From: Polyangiales bacterium
Lineage (GTDB): Bacteria; Myxococcota_A; Polyangia; Polyangiales; Polyangiaceae
Assembly: GCA_038230375.1 (NCBI GenBank)
Contig: JBBRNJ010000061.1
Location: 1-56,056 of the forward strand
Direction: 5' to 3'
Length of the DNA: 56,056 bases
Positions 35,949 through 44,684 of the stretch are shown here, in pieces; position 1 is the stretch's first letter, and every line of letters starts with the position of its first letter. The position numbers were made by a program, and so were the translations under genes. The notes beneath the pieces are model-generated. The model was given only the letters and a program-made list of their open reading frames with translations. It was not told the origin of the DNA and ran no database searches.

Positions 35949-37058
35949 TCACTCCACGGCGTCGCGGCAGTACCTGGCGGTGAACCCGCCGACCAGGAGC
36001 GACTTCGATGGATCGTTGAATGATGCGACGAGCTTCCCGTGCGCGGTCCCCGCCTTGCGATCGAGCGAGTCGATGACGATGGTCGCGCTACCGCGATCCT
36101 CGGCGACGATCATCCCAGAGATCTCGTGGAACGACATGTTGGCGCCGCCGCCAGCTGCGGCGTCGTTCGTGGCGGACGGGACGATGGGCCTTTTGAGCGA
36201 GACCTCGAAGCCGTCGTCGAACCCGAAGCGGGCGCACGGCTTCTTTGGCGCCGCGGTGTGGAAGCGCAGTCTCGGAAAGTCGTACTTCTTCGGCGGCGAG
36301 CTCTCGAACCCGACCAGCTCGATCGCGGCCGGCGTGAACGCTTCTCCCGCGAGGAACCCGGTCACCGGTGCGCTCGGGACGGACGACACGGGCGGCAGTC
36401 GCTCCTCCCACACAAGCCCATTGGCGGCAACGGACGCGTCGCGAAGCTTGGCCTTGGTCGGACAGTCCACGGCGTCGAACGCGCCCTCCAGGAACTGATC
36501 CGGCCCCGGTCGCCATGCGATCACGCCCTTCGCGTGACCTCCGCCAAACGACGTGATCGTGAGCTCCGCTGCGGCGTCGGCTGCCCCGGACGACATGCCC
36601 GTCGAGATCATGAAGGTGTGCAGGTCAGGACGAAGCACCTCGCCTGGAACGAAGGGATGGGTGCTCACGGCCATCACGTAGCGCATGGCCTCGGTGTGCT
36701 CCGGCCGGCATGTGGCAGTCCCGGCCTCGTCCGCAAAGTACGCGTAGCTGGATTCGTGCGAGCGATAGACGAACGTCTTCTTCGGCGCGAACGGCTGGCC
36801 CCACAGCTTGCCCGTGAGGGGTGTCGCGGCGAGCGCCGCGGTCCGCGCGGGCGCAGCGGCATCGGGGCTGGCCGAGGATGACGGCAGCAGCGGCGGCGGC
36901 GACATGAAAGATGCCACGGGCGTTGCCGATGGTGCCGCAGGGAGGCTGGCCGGAGGCGGAGCAGGCGCGCAGCGGACAACCCCCATCCCGAGGAGCGCGA
37001 TCGACACCACGGCGAAGGCCGTGGTCGGTTGCATCGCCCCTGCTTGGCGTGTTGACAT
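35949..37058 (-). CDS. Exported protein with Pro-rich linker and two repeated beta domains
   Basis: Hydrophobic signal (alternative start 37034); repeats PLTGKLWGQPFAP..EGAFDAVDC and PVTGFLAGEAFTP..VGGFTARYC. Confidence 0.75.
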   Translation of the reverse strand: MSTRQAGAMQPTTAFAVVSIALLGMGVVRCAPAPPPASLPAAPSATPVASFMSPPPLLPSSSASPDAAAPARTAALAATPLTGKLWGQPFAPKKTFVYRSHESSYAYFADEAGTATCRPEHTEAMRYVMAVSTHPFVPGEVLRPDLHTFMISTGMSSGAADAAAELTITSFGGGHAKGVIAWRPGPDQFLEGAFDAVDCPTKAKLRDASVAANGLVWEERLPPVSSVPSAPVTGFLAGEAFTPAAIELVGFESSPPKKYDFPRLRFHTAAPKKPCARFGFDDGFEVSLKRPIVPSATNDAAAGGGANMSFHEISGMIVAEDRGSATIVIDSLDRKAGTAHGKLVASFNDPSKSLLVGGFTARYCRDAVE

Positions 37059-37132
37059 GGCTGAAGGGAAACAGCCCAGCCAAAGGGAGTCAACGGCTCA
37101 AGCGTTCGAGCTCCTGGCCGTTCATTCCGGCG

Positions 37133-38878
37133 ATGAAGACCTCTCTGCGTCGTTCGCTCGCCCGTTCCAGTTGCGCGAGCCTCGTGCTCGTCCTCACCGC
37201 GTGCGGCGGCGCCCTGAGCGGCGACGAGCCGGGACCCAGCGGCGACACCCCAGGCGGCGGAGGAGGAGCGGGCAACAGCGGCAGCGGCGTGGGTTCGGCC
37301 CCGCCTCTTGGCTTCACGCTGCTGGGCCCGAACAGCGGGCACGTCCCTGCCACGGACAACGCACCGGACATGGGCGCAGCGACGCCCGACGGCACGCACT
37401 CGCTCGGCTACGTGTCCGCGCCGGTCGACATTCCGCAGGACCCGCCGCAATACGCCACCATCGCAAACTACCCCGCGCAATACGATCTGCGCGCGCTCGG
37501 CAAGCTGTCCACCATTCGCGACCAGGGCGGCTGCGGCTCGTGCTGGACGTTCGCCACCTTCGCCTCCGCGGAGTCCACGCTGTTGCCCGGCGACAAGGAG
37601 GACTTCTCCGAGGACCACCTGAACAACGCGCACGGCTTCGACATACCCGCGTGCAACGGCGGCAATCACCTCATGTCGATCGCGTACCTGTCGCGCTGGT
37701 CCGGTCCGGCGTCCGAAGGGGATGCTCCGTACACTGCCAAGGCACACACGTACGCCAAGGCGCCGGTGCCCATCAAGCACCTGACCGAGGCCTATATCCT
37801 GCCCGCGCGCAGCGGTCCGCTCGACAACGACGCCATCAAGAGCGCGGTCAGCACCCACGGCGCGATGTACACGAGCATGAACTGGCAGAATGCAAACTAC
37901 GCTCCCCGCACGTTCGCGTACTTCCACGCGGGGCCCCGCACCAGCAGCAATCACGCGGTCGCCATCGTCGGCTGGAACGACACGTTCCCTGCCGAGAGGT
38001 TTGCGAGCGCCCCATCGGGCGACGGCGCGTTCCTCATCCGCAACAGCTGGGGCGCGGGCTTCGGCGACGCTGGCTACTTCTACGTGTCGTACTACGACGT
38101 CTTCGTCGGGCGCGACAACGTGGTCTTCGAGTCGTTCGACCCGATCAGCGACTTCGCGGGCGTCTACCAGTTCGACAAGCTGGGGCAGACCAGCGCGCTC
38201 ACGTACCCATCGGGCACCACGTACAGCGCCAACATCTTCACCGCCGCAGCGGAGACCGGCCTCCTTGCCGTGAGCTTCTACACGACCGCGCCCGCGTCGA
38301 CGGTCACCGTCAAGGTGTATGATACACCCATTGCGAGCCCGTCCGCGGGCACGCTGGTGGGCACCACGCAGGTCGCGGAGCCGTTCGCTGGCTATCACAC
38401 GGTGGGTGTCTCGCAGCTCGGCATCAAGCTGCATGCAGGCCGTAAATTCTCGGTCGTCGTGGGCGTGGCGAACGGCGGCGCGAAGTCGTACGTGCCGCTG
38501 GAGGCCCCGTTCCCGGGCTACTCGAGCAAGGTGGTCGCGACGGCGGGCACTGGCTTCGTCGGCGCGAACGGCGATGCGTGGACGGACACCGCGAAGACCT
38601 GGAAGAGCAACGTGCCCATCAAGGCGTTCTTCGGTGCAATCCCCGGCTGCGACGACAAGACCGCCTGCACCATCGACGCTTGGGACGGGACGCAGTGCAC
38701 GCACACGCCGGCTGCCCGGGGCACGGTCTGCCGCGCCAAGGCTGGAGACTGCGACATCGCAGAGACCTGTGACGGATTCACAGTGAGCTGTCCCACGAAT
38801 GCGCTGCGACCTGCCGGCTACGTCTGCAGCGCGAAGCCCACGAGGACCTGCAACGGCCACATCGCTTCGTGCAACTGA
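37133..38878 (+). CDS. Papain-like (C1) cysteine protease lipoprotein with lectin-like and disintegrin-like domains
   Basis: VLTAC lipobox; YDLR, DQGGCGSCWTF (Cys), NHAVAIVGW (His), IRNSWG (Asn); YQFD..YSANIF..AVSFYT..GYHTV..IKAF lectin-like domain; GTVCRAKAGDCDIAETCDG..CP. Confidence 0.92.
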   Translation: MKTSLRRSLARSSCASLVLVLTACGGALSGDEPGPSGDTPGGGGGAGNSGSGVGSAPPLGFTLLGPNSGHVPATDNAPDMGAATPDGTHSLGYVSAPVDIPQDPPQYATIANYPAQYDLRALGKLSTIRDQGGCGSCWTFATFASAESTLLPGDKEDFSEDHLNNAHGFDIPACNGGNHLMSIAYLSRWSGPASEGDAPYTAKAHTYAKAPVPIKHLTEAYILPARSGPLDNDAIKSAVSTHGAMYTSMNWQNANYAPRTFAYFHAGPRTSSNHAVAIVGWNDTFPAERFASAPSGDGAFLIRNSWGAGFGDAGYFYVSYYDVFVGRDNVVFESFDPISDFAGVYQFDKLGQTSALTYPSGTTYSANIFTAAAETGLLAVSFYTTAPASTVTVKVYDTPIASPSAGTLVGTTQVAEPFAGYHTVGVSQLGIKLHAGRKFSVVVGVANGGAKSYVPLEAPFPGYSSKVVATAGTGFVGANGDAWTDTAKTWKSNVPIKAFFGAIPGCDDKTACTIDAWDGTQCTHTPAARGTVCRAKAGDCDIAETCDGFTVSCPTNALRPAGYVCSAKPTRTCNGHIASCN

Positions 38879-38920
38879 ACCAGGCGCGGCCCGATTGACT
38901 GGGGTGTACCATCGCAGCCC

Positions 38921-39154
38921 ATGACCCCCGAAGAGGTGCGTGCGAAGGTTCGCCCCGAGCAACTCATCAGGCTCTCGTGCTCGAGTCGCGCGGCGCAGGG
39001 GCAAGGCTACGTCGGAGAGCTCTTCGACGATCACTTCGAGTTCTTCGTCGTCACGAACACGTACGAACACTTCAGCAACATCAGCGCCCCTCCGGAGCTG
39101 GTCCGCCACGTCGTCCACTTCGCGGACGTGATCGACATCCAATGCGACTCATGA
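38921..39154 (+). CDS. Small hypothetical beta-rich protein
   Basis: 77-aa ORF filling the gap between genes, GC3-biased, TACCAT 8 nt before ATG. Confidence 0.6.
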   Translation: MTPEEVRAKVRPEQLIRLSCSSRAAQGQGYVGELFDDHFEFFVVTNTYEHFSNISAPPELVRHVVHFADVIDIQCDS

Positions 39155-39212
39155 GCTCGACGATCGGAGGGTGGTCGCGACGCGGCACACGTACCGGGCC
39201 AGCGTTTCTCGA

Positions 39213-40868
39213 CTACGGGGGGTCGCTCGGCGACGCGGATGGGGCCGCGGCGGGGACCGGCTCGTAGCGTAGCGGCATGTCGACGGGGACCTCGCCGCCC
39301 ACGGGCTTCGAGAAGTGCATGGACTGGATGTCGCGGAAGACACACGCGCGCATCTCGTCGTCGTTGATGGTGGAGCCAGTGTCGACGACCTTGCGAACGT
39401 TGCCGTCGAGCCCGATGTAGAAGCGAACGCGTATGAGGCCGTGCACCGTCGGGTCCCGTCGGAGCGCCGCCCTGAAGCAAGCGTTGTTCGCGCTTGCGTG
39501 ACTGCGGATCACGCGCTCCACCGACCCCTCGGGAAGCGTCCCCTCGGGGGCGAGCGCGGGGCGACGGACCACGGTAGGCGGAGTGGAGGAGGGGGGTGGA
39601 GGAGGGGCGGAGGTCGAAGGCGAGGTCGAAGTCGAAGTCGAAGTCGAAGGCGAGGTCGAGGTCGAGGTCGAGGTCGCGGTCGAAGTCGAAGTCGAAGTCG
39701 TTGTCGTGGTCGTGGTCGTTGTCGAAGTCGGGGTCGAGGTCGGGGTCGAAGTCGTTGTCGTTTGCTTTCGTCCCACGATCCAGCCGATCCCCAGCGACAG
39801 CGCCACCACGAGCCCCAGTGGCAAGAGCAGCGCGAGGCCCCGCAGGCTGCTCTTCGGCGGGGTTGGCTCTGCTGTCCTCGTGAGCGGCGGCGGGGTCACG
39901 TTTCCCCCCGCGGGCATGACGTGGGGGACCGAAGGCCGCGTCTGCAGCGCTTCTGCTTGTGGCGGCAGGCTCGGAACAGTTGCGGCGTACGCAGCGCCCT
40001 TCGCGAAGCATCGCACGAGCTCTCCATGCGCGTCGGTCGCCGTCGCGAAGCGGCGCGCAGGGTCGCGGCAGACTGTTCGCTCGAACCATGCGTCGAACCC
40101 AGGTGGCAAGGTCATGCCGAGCATCGTTGCGCGCGCGCTGGCGGCCGGGATCGGCTCCAGCACCACCTCGCGAAGCAGCTGCGCGATGGTGGGCGTACCG
40201 TCCGTCGAACGCCAGAAGTAGCGACCCGTCAGCATGTGGAACACCAGCAGTCCGAGCGCCCAGATGTCCGCTGCCGGGGTGAGCGGACCGGGCTCCGTCT
40301 GCTCTGGTGCGAGCCACAGCGGCGAGCCCATCGCGCCCGTCTGCGACGTCCCCTCCGCGACGAGCTTTGCGATCCCGAAGTCCAGGATCTTCACCGTGAT
40401 GGCCACGTCGGCGCGCTTCGATGCCGCGAGGAACACGTTCTCGGGCTTGAGATCGCGGTGGATCACGCCGGCGGCATGCGCCGCAGAGAGCGCGTGCGCG
40501 AGCTGAGACACGATCGTGAGGATGTCCGCCATGGGGACCGGCCCGCCGCTCTCCACGCGATGCGCGAGGTCCTCGCCGTCGAGCAACTCCATGACCAGGT
40601 ACGGATACCCAGTGGTCACGTCGACCCCCGCGACGTGGACCTCCACCACGTGCTCACTCTCGATCCGTGCGCCGAGCTTCGCCTCCTGGACGAACCGCTT
40701 CAGCAGGTCGCCGTCCGACAACAGGTGCTGCTGCATGATCTTCAGCGCGCGCTGCTTGTGCGTGGAGAGCTGCTCCACGACGAAGACCGATCCCATACCG
40801 CCTGTCGCAAGCGGGCGCACCACGCGGAAGTCGCCAGCGAAGACAGAGCCAACCTGGAGTGTCGTCAC
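39213..40868 (-). CDS. Membrane Ser/Thr kinase with AgmX/PglI-type C-terminal domain
   Basis: GGMGSV, ALK, IHRDLKPEN, DFG, APE; TM; T/S stalk; VIR....ACF..AL..DP..G...VRF.I..DG.V..ACV....F.KP.GG C-terminus. Confidence 0.93.
   Translation of the reverse strand: MTTLQVGSVFAGDFRVVRPLATGGMGSVFVVEQLSTHKQRALKIMQQHLLSDGDLLKRFVQEAKLGARIESEHVVEVHVAGVDVTTGYPYLVMELLDGEDLAHRVESGGPVPMADILTIVSQLAHALSAAHAAGVIHRDLKPENVFLAASKRADVAITVKILDFGIAKLVAEGTSQTGAMGSPLWLAPEQTEPGPLTPAADIWALGLLVFHMLTGRYFWRSTDGTPTIAQLLREVVLEPIPAASARATMLGMTLPPGFDAWFERTVCRDPARRFATATDAHGELVRCFAKGAAYAATVPSLPPQAEALQTRPSVPHVMPAGGNVTPPPLTRTAEPTPPKSSLRGLALLLPLGLVVALSLGIGWIVGRKQTTTTSTPTSTPTSTTTTTTTTTSTSTSTATSTSTSTSPSTSTSTSTSPSTSAPPPPPSSTPPTVVRRPALAPEGTLPEGSVERVIRSHASANNACFRAALRRDPTVHGLIRVRFYIGLDGNVRKVVDTGSTINDDEMRACVFRDIQSMHFSKPVGGEVPVDMPLRYEPVPAAAPSASPSDPP
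39610..39762. repeat. Coding hexamer microsatellite (GTCGAA/GTCGAG/GTCGTG) encoding a Thr/Ser stalk
   Basis: About 150 bp of 6-bp units giving TTTTSTPTSTPTSTTTT..TSTSTSPSTS on the minus strand. Confidence 0.9.
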
Positions 40869-40907
40869 GGCCGGAGACCCACGAGAGCCATTGTACACCG
40901 CCGCGCG

Positions 40908-42086
40908 CTATTCTTTTCGCCAGTCGCGCTTGGTGGTCACCGACTCTTCTACGGCGATGTTCTTCTCGGGCGGCCGCGGGCGCACGGCAGGTGGCGGCTG
41001 CGACTCGAATGCGAAGATCGGTCGCGGAGGAATCGAGGGTACGCGCGCCATGGGAATGGACGGTGGCGCGCCCGAGTAACGCGGGGGCACGGAGCTCCGC
41101 GTGGAGGGCGGCGACACGGACCGTCGCGGTGGCATGACGGTGTCGACCCGGTTCGGGTCCGCGGCATGGGGGGGAGGCGGCATGGAGCGACGAGCCGCTG
41201 CTGACGGAATGAGGCCCAGCACATCCTTGGCTTGCCTCACCGCCAGATGAAACTCCTCTGCGAGCTCACGCGCGGATTGAAAGCGAAGGTGCGCGTCCGG
41301 CGCGAGCCCCCGCCGCATCCACGAATCCAGCGGATTCGCGGCCTCCTCCGAGAGCACGCTCGCGAGCGACGGTGGCGCCTGCTTCATGGCGTCGACCAGC
41401 TCCGAGATCTCTGTGGTGGCGAGGTACGGAACGACGCCAGCGATGCATTCGTAGGCGACCACGGCGAGCGCGAACAGGTCGGTGCGCGCGTCGGGCTGAG
41501 CACCCGTGAGCACCTCGAGCGGCATGTATTCTGGCGTTCCGGAGATCTCGCGCAGTGCCTCCCCTGTCGGGGGAGCGATGGTTTCGGCGATGCCGAAATC
41601 GAGCACCTTGACGAGCGTGCGACCCCGGTCGTCCGTCGTGAGGAAGATGTTCCCGGGCTTGATGTCCTTGTGGACGATCCCCATCGAGTGGGCGCGTGCG
41701 AGCGCCCGTGCGACGTGCACGACCACATCCTCGGTCTCTTCGAGGCCGGGCCGTCGGTCTGCGACGATGCGGTCGTCGAGCGTCTCACCCGCGAGCGACT
41801 CGTAGACGATGTACGGAAGCGCGGCGGCGGTCGTGGTGACTCCGTACGAGAGCACGCGAACGATGTGGGGGCTCAGCATCCGCGAGCACAGCTCCGCCTC
41901 GCGCTCGAAGTCGGCGCGCCGCGCAGGATCGCCGACGAGCCCCGCGTGCATCACCTTCAGCGCGACCTCGATGTTGAGCCGGTTGTCCTTCGCGAGCCAG
42001 ACATTGGCGGCCCCGCCCCCGCCGAGCGAAGACAGGAGCTCGAATCGCCCTTCGACGACCGTGCCAACCTCGAAGGAATCGCTCAC
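40908..42086 (-). CDS. Cytoplasmic Ser/Thr kinase (HKD catalytic loop) with Pro-rich tail
   Basis: LGGGGAANV, VALK, VHKDIKPGN, DFG, GTPEYMPLE, DLFAL; start GTG 42086 with TACAAT 6 nt upstream. Confidence 0.92.
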   Translation of the reverse strand: MSDSFEVGTVVEGRFELLSSLGGGGAANVWLAKDNRLNIEVALKVMHAGLVGDPARRADFEREAELCSRMLSPHIVRVLSYGVTTTAAALPYIVYESLAGETLDDRIVADRRPGLEETEDVVVHVARALARAHSMGIVHKDIKPGNIFLTTDDRGRTLVKVLDFGIAETIAPPTGEALREISGTPEYMPLEVLTGAQPDARTDLFALAVVAYECIAGVVPYLATTEISELVDAMKQAPPSLASVLSEEAANPLDSWMRRGLAPDAHLRFQSARELAEEFHLAVRQAKDVLGLIPSAAARRSMPPPPHAADPNRVDTVMPPRRSVSPPSTRSSVPPRYSGAPPSIPMARVPSIPPRPIFAFESQPPPAVRPRPPEKNIAVEESVTTKRDWRKE

Positions 42087-42190
42087 GCACTCATTGTACG
42101 GGAGCAAGGAACAACCGGAAAGCTCATGGCGCGCATTGGCGAGCCGCGCTGGAGCTCGCCCCGGGTCGGCGCGGCCCCTGCCGCTGTCCG

Positions 42191-42781
42191 CTACTTCTTT
42201 CCGGCAGGCTTCGCCGGGGTGGCAGGTGCCTTCGCGGCGCCGGGGGCGAGCGCGACGGGCGTCCCCGCGGGCTTCTTGCGGCCGTAGAGATCGGCGGTCT
42301 TGTCTTCCCACTCCGACTTGTCGTCGAAGTAGACAGTCGATGCTTGAAGCTCGTACAGCGCCGCGCCGCCGGTCGCCGCGTCGAGGACCTTGTCCTTCGC
42401 GTCCTTGATCCGGATCGACGACGTCTGCTGCGCTCCGGGCGCGAGCGAGACGTTCTCGCTGATGCCGCCGCGGCCGATGACCGCACCGCTCTTGTCGTAC
42501 GCCCAGCCGTACACGTTGCAGTAGTGCCACGGATGCGTTCCGGTGTTCTTCAGGGTGTACTGCAGTACCTCCTCACCGCCGGAGTCGACGAGCTTCAGCG
42601 GGGTGGCAGTGCAGGACTTCGCCGCGTCGGCGGGTGCCGGCGGCTTCGGAGCGTCCGCCGTTGGCGTCGAAGCGCCGCTCGCGGAGGCCGCAGATGCGCC
42701 ACCCTCCATCGAAGCGTCGTTTTTGGAGCACGGACCGAGAGCCAACGCCGACATGGACAGGAGAACAATGGGACGAATCAT
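42191..42781 (-). CDS. Exported/lipoprotein with FxLYD-like Ig domain
   Basis: Signal ..ALGPC; LKNTG..V...AYDKSG.VIG..LAPG pattern. Confidence 0.7.
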   Translation of the reverse strand: MIRPIVLLSMSALALGPCSKNDASMEGGASAASASGASTPTADAPKPPAPADAAKSCTATPLKLVDSGGEEVLQYTLKNTGTHPWHYCNVYGWAYDKSGAVIGRGGISENVSLAPGAQQTSSIRIKDAKDKVLDAATGGAALYELQASTVYFDDKSEWEDKTADLYGRKKPAGTPVALAPGAAKAPATPAKPAGKK

Positions 42782-42836
42782 GGCGCTCTCGTCTAGCGCA
42801 TTTCAGCGCGCCCCGGTGAGCTCACGCGCATCGCCT

Positions 42837-43769
42837 CTACTGATTGGACGACTGGGTGTGCGTGCCGTTCGGGAGCGCGCTCTCGACTTCGACGTCGCTC
42901 CGGTAGCGCGTCGCGCCGATCGGATAGCCGTCCGCTTCCCAGGCCTTCCGCCAGCCGTTCTTCTTTCCATTGACGTACTCGGTCTGCGCGATGACGACGC
43001 CGCTCGGTGAGAAGCGTGTCTGCACGCCTTGCTCGCGCGAGTCCGTCTCTTCGGTTCCGCCGCCGTAGAAGCCGACCTTTTCGCGGCCGCCGGTGAGGTG
43101 ATACCGGATCTCCCACTTCAAGTCGCCGCGCTCGAAGAAGCTCTGCGAGGAGAGCTTGCCGCTCGTGTCGAATCCGAGCGCGAGGCCATGCGAGACCGCG
43201 AGTGAGTGTCCCGGGACGCCCGGGATCGAGCAGTTGATCGACGACGGGCTCGAGTACACCTTCGCACCTGTCGGGCAGCGCATCTCTTCGACCTTCACCT
43301 CACTGTGGAGCGTGGTGTCGGGGAACCACGTCGGGATCGCGACCGGCGTGAGCGGCGTGAAGAACGTCTTCATCTCGGCGGACAACGGCGGCCGCGCGGC
43401 ACGATTCGCGTCCATCGCGGGCGCGTTCTTGCGCAGGAGCTCCTGCACGCTCCGGAGGTTCTTCACCTGCGCATCGATCTGCGCCTTCGACGAGGGGTCG
43501 CGCTCCACAAGCGCCTCGAGCTCGCGGATCTGCGCCTCGAGCTCTCTGATCTGTTCATCCGTCGCGCTCATCTTTGGTGCGTCCTTCCTCTGGGTTTCGT
43601 CTTCTCGGATCGCCGGGGATCGACCCGGCACCGCCGAGATTGGCACGATCGCGAGCGTATCAGCGCTGCCCGCGGTCCTGTCCGCGTGTACGCCCGAGCC
43701 TCCGCGACACCCACCCGCGCAAGCGACCACGACAAGTCCCACGAGCATCGATGTGATCCGGCGTTCCAT
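42837..43769 (-). CDS. Lipoprotein with coiled coil and MORN2/YwqK-like repeats
   Basis: GAGGAG SD, VVAC signal, EQIRELEAQIRELE coil, repeats such as FSPSGVVIAQTEYVNGKKNGWRKAW..DG. Confidence 0.75.
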   Translation of the reverse strand: MERRITSMLVGLVVVACAGGCRGGSGVHADRTAGSADTLAIVPISAVPGRSPAIREDETQRKDAPKMSATDEQIRELEAQIRELEALVERDPSSKAQIDAQVKNLRSVQELLRKNAPAMDANRAARPPLSAEMKTFFTPLTPVAIPTWFPDTTLHSEVKVEEMRCPTGAKVYSSPSSINCSIPGVPGHSLAVSHGLALGFDTSGKLSSQSFFERGDLKWEIRYHLTGGREKVGFYGGGTEETDSREQGVQTRFSPSGVVIAQTEYVNGKKNGWRKAWEADGYPIGATRYRSDVEVESALPNGTHTQSSNQ

Positions 43770-43802
43770 GTTTTGTCTCCTCGAGGATGGAGACAGCCGC
43801 GG

Positions 43803-44684
43803 TCAGGATTCGTCGCGCGGAAAATGACGGCTGAGCGACAGATCGATCGCGCCTGCCATGACGCGCACTACGCTCTTCATGTCGTCCGGGGCGATCTGTA
43901 GCTCGTCCCGGAGTATCGCGCGCAGCTTCGACTCGAGCGCCTCTCGGGCCGCGCTCACCCAGCGCGCCGCCGTCGCACGGTGGACGCCGTAGAGCGCGCC
44001 GATCTCGTCCACAGTCAGGTCGTCGCAGGTCGCATAGCGCAAGAGCGTCCGCTCGCGCGCGGTCAGCAAGGCAGCAGCCTTTGCGAACGCGTCCTTCAGC
44101 GCGCCGCCGAAGCGCTCTTTGACGAGCGCGCCCTCGGCGTCGGTGGCGGATGCATCATGCATCTTTCCTAGCATCGACTCGGACAGCTCGTCCTCCTTCG
44201 GTTGCGCCGTCGCCGCGTTGAGCAGCGTGCGCGATGCCGTGACCCGCACCCAGTGTGCAAGCGCACCGCGACCACCATAGAGCGCGATCCGCGGAAGCTC
44301 ACCCACCTCCGCGACGAGCAAGCGCGTGCGCACGAGTTGTTTCGCCTCGTCCAGCCCGCAGCGCGGTCGCACCTTTGCGAACACGATGGCCACCTGGGCG
44401 CTGAGCAGCCGATCGAGCTCTGCGATCGCGGTCGCGTCGCCGCGCGCGCACGCACACGCTAGATAGAGGTCGGAAGCCAGGAGTGTGCTCGGATCGAACG
44501 CTGCAGGCGGCGGAGGCACACGGGCACAGAGCCACACTGCGAAGATCGGAACGGGGACGTCGATCGTGGACCATGCGGTTTTTCCCGCGTGGATCGCGGC
44601 GACGAGCGCGCGTTCCGCTGCGGGCGTAGAGACGCGCGCGCGCTGCTCTTCGCTCAACGCGCGGAGGAGGTCGGCATCGTCCAC
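43803..44684 (-). CDS. Myxobacterial sigma-70 (ECF-like) factor
   Basis: DLYLACACARGD..A, YGGRGAL..W.RV.A.R (region 2), L..RER.LL....D.LTVDEIGALYGVHRATAARW (region 4 HTH). Confidence 0.88.
   Translation of the reverse strand: MDDADLLRALSEEQRARVSTPAAERALVAAIHAGKTAWSTIDVPVPIFAVWLCARVPPPPAAFDPSTLLASDLYLACACARGDATAIAELDRLLSAQVAIVFAKVRPRCGLDEAKQLVRTRLLVAEVGELPRIALYGGRGALAHWVRVTASRTLLNAATAQPKEDELSESMLGKMHDASATDAEGALVKERFGGALKDAFAKAAALLTARERTLLRYATCDDLTVDEIGALYGVHRATAARWVSAAREALESKLRAILRDELQIAPDDMKSVVRVMAGAIDLSLSRHFPRDES

Noticed and set aside
38896..38912. TTGACT..TACCAT as a -35/-10 pair
   Set aside because: The spacer is only 6 nt; only the -10 is retained, as a leaderless signal.
36674..39142. 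822-aa minus-strand ORF, and similar long ORFs at 20272..22371, 39315..41204, 15418..17079, 30376..31998 and 1894..3333
   Set aside because: Antisense shadows of well-supported genes; stop codons are scarce in high-GC3 DNA and the translations are R/A/V/G-rich with no motifs.
39583..40221. Plus-strand ORF with EVEVEV/poly-Val
   Set aside because: Reverse complement of the kinase Thr/Ser stalk microsatellite.
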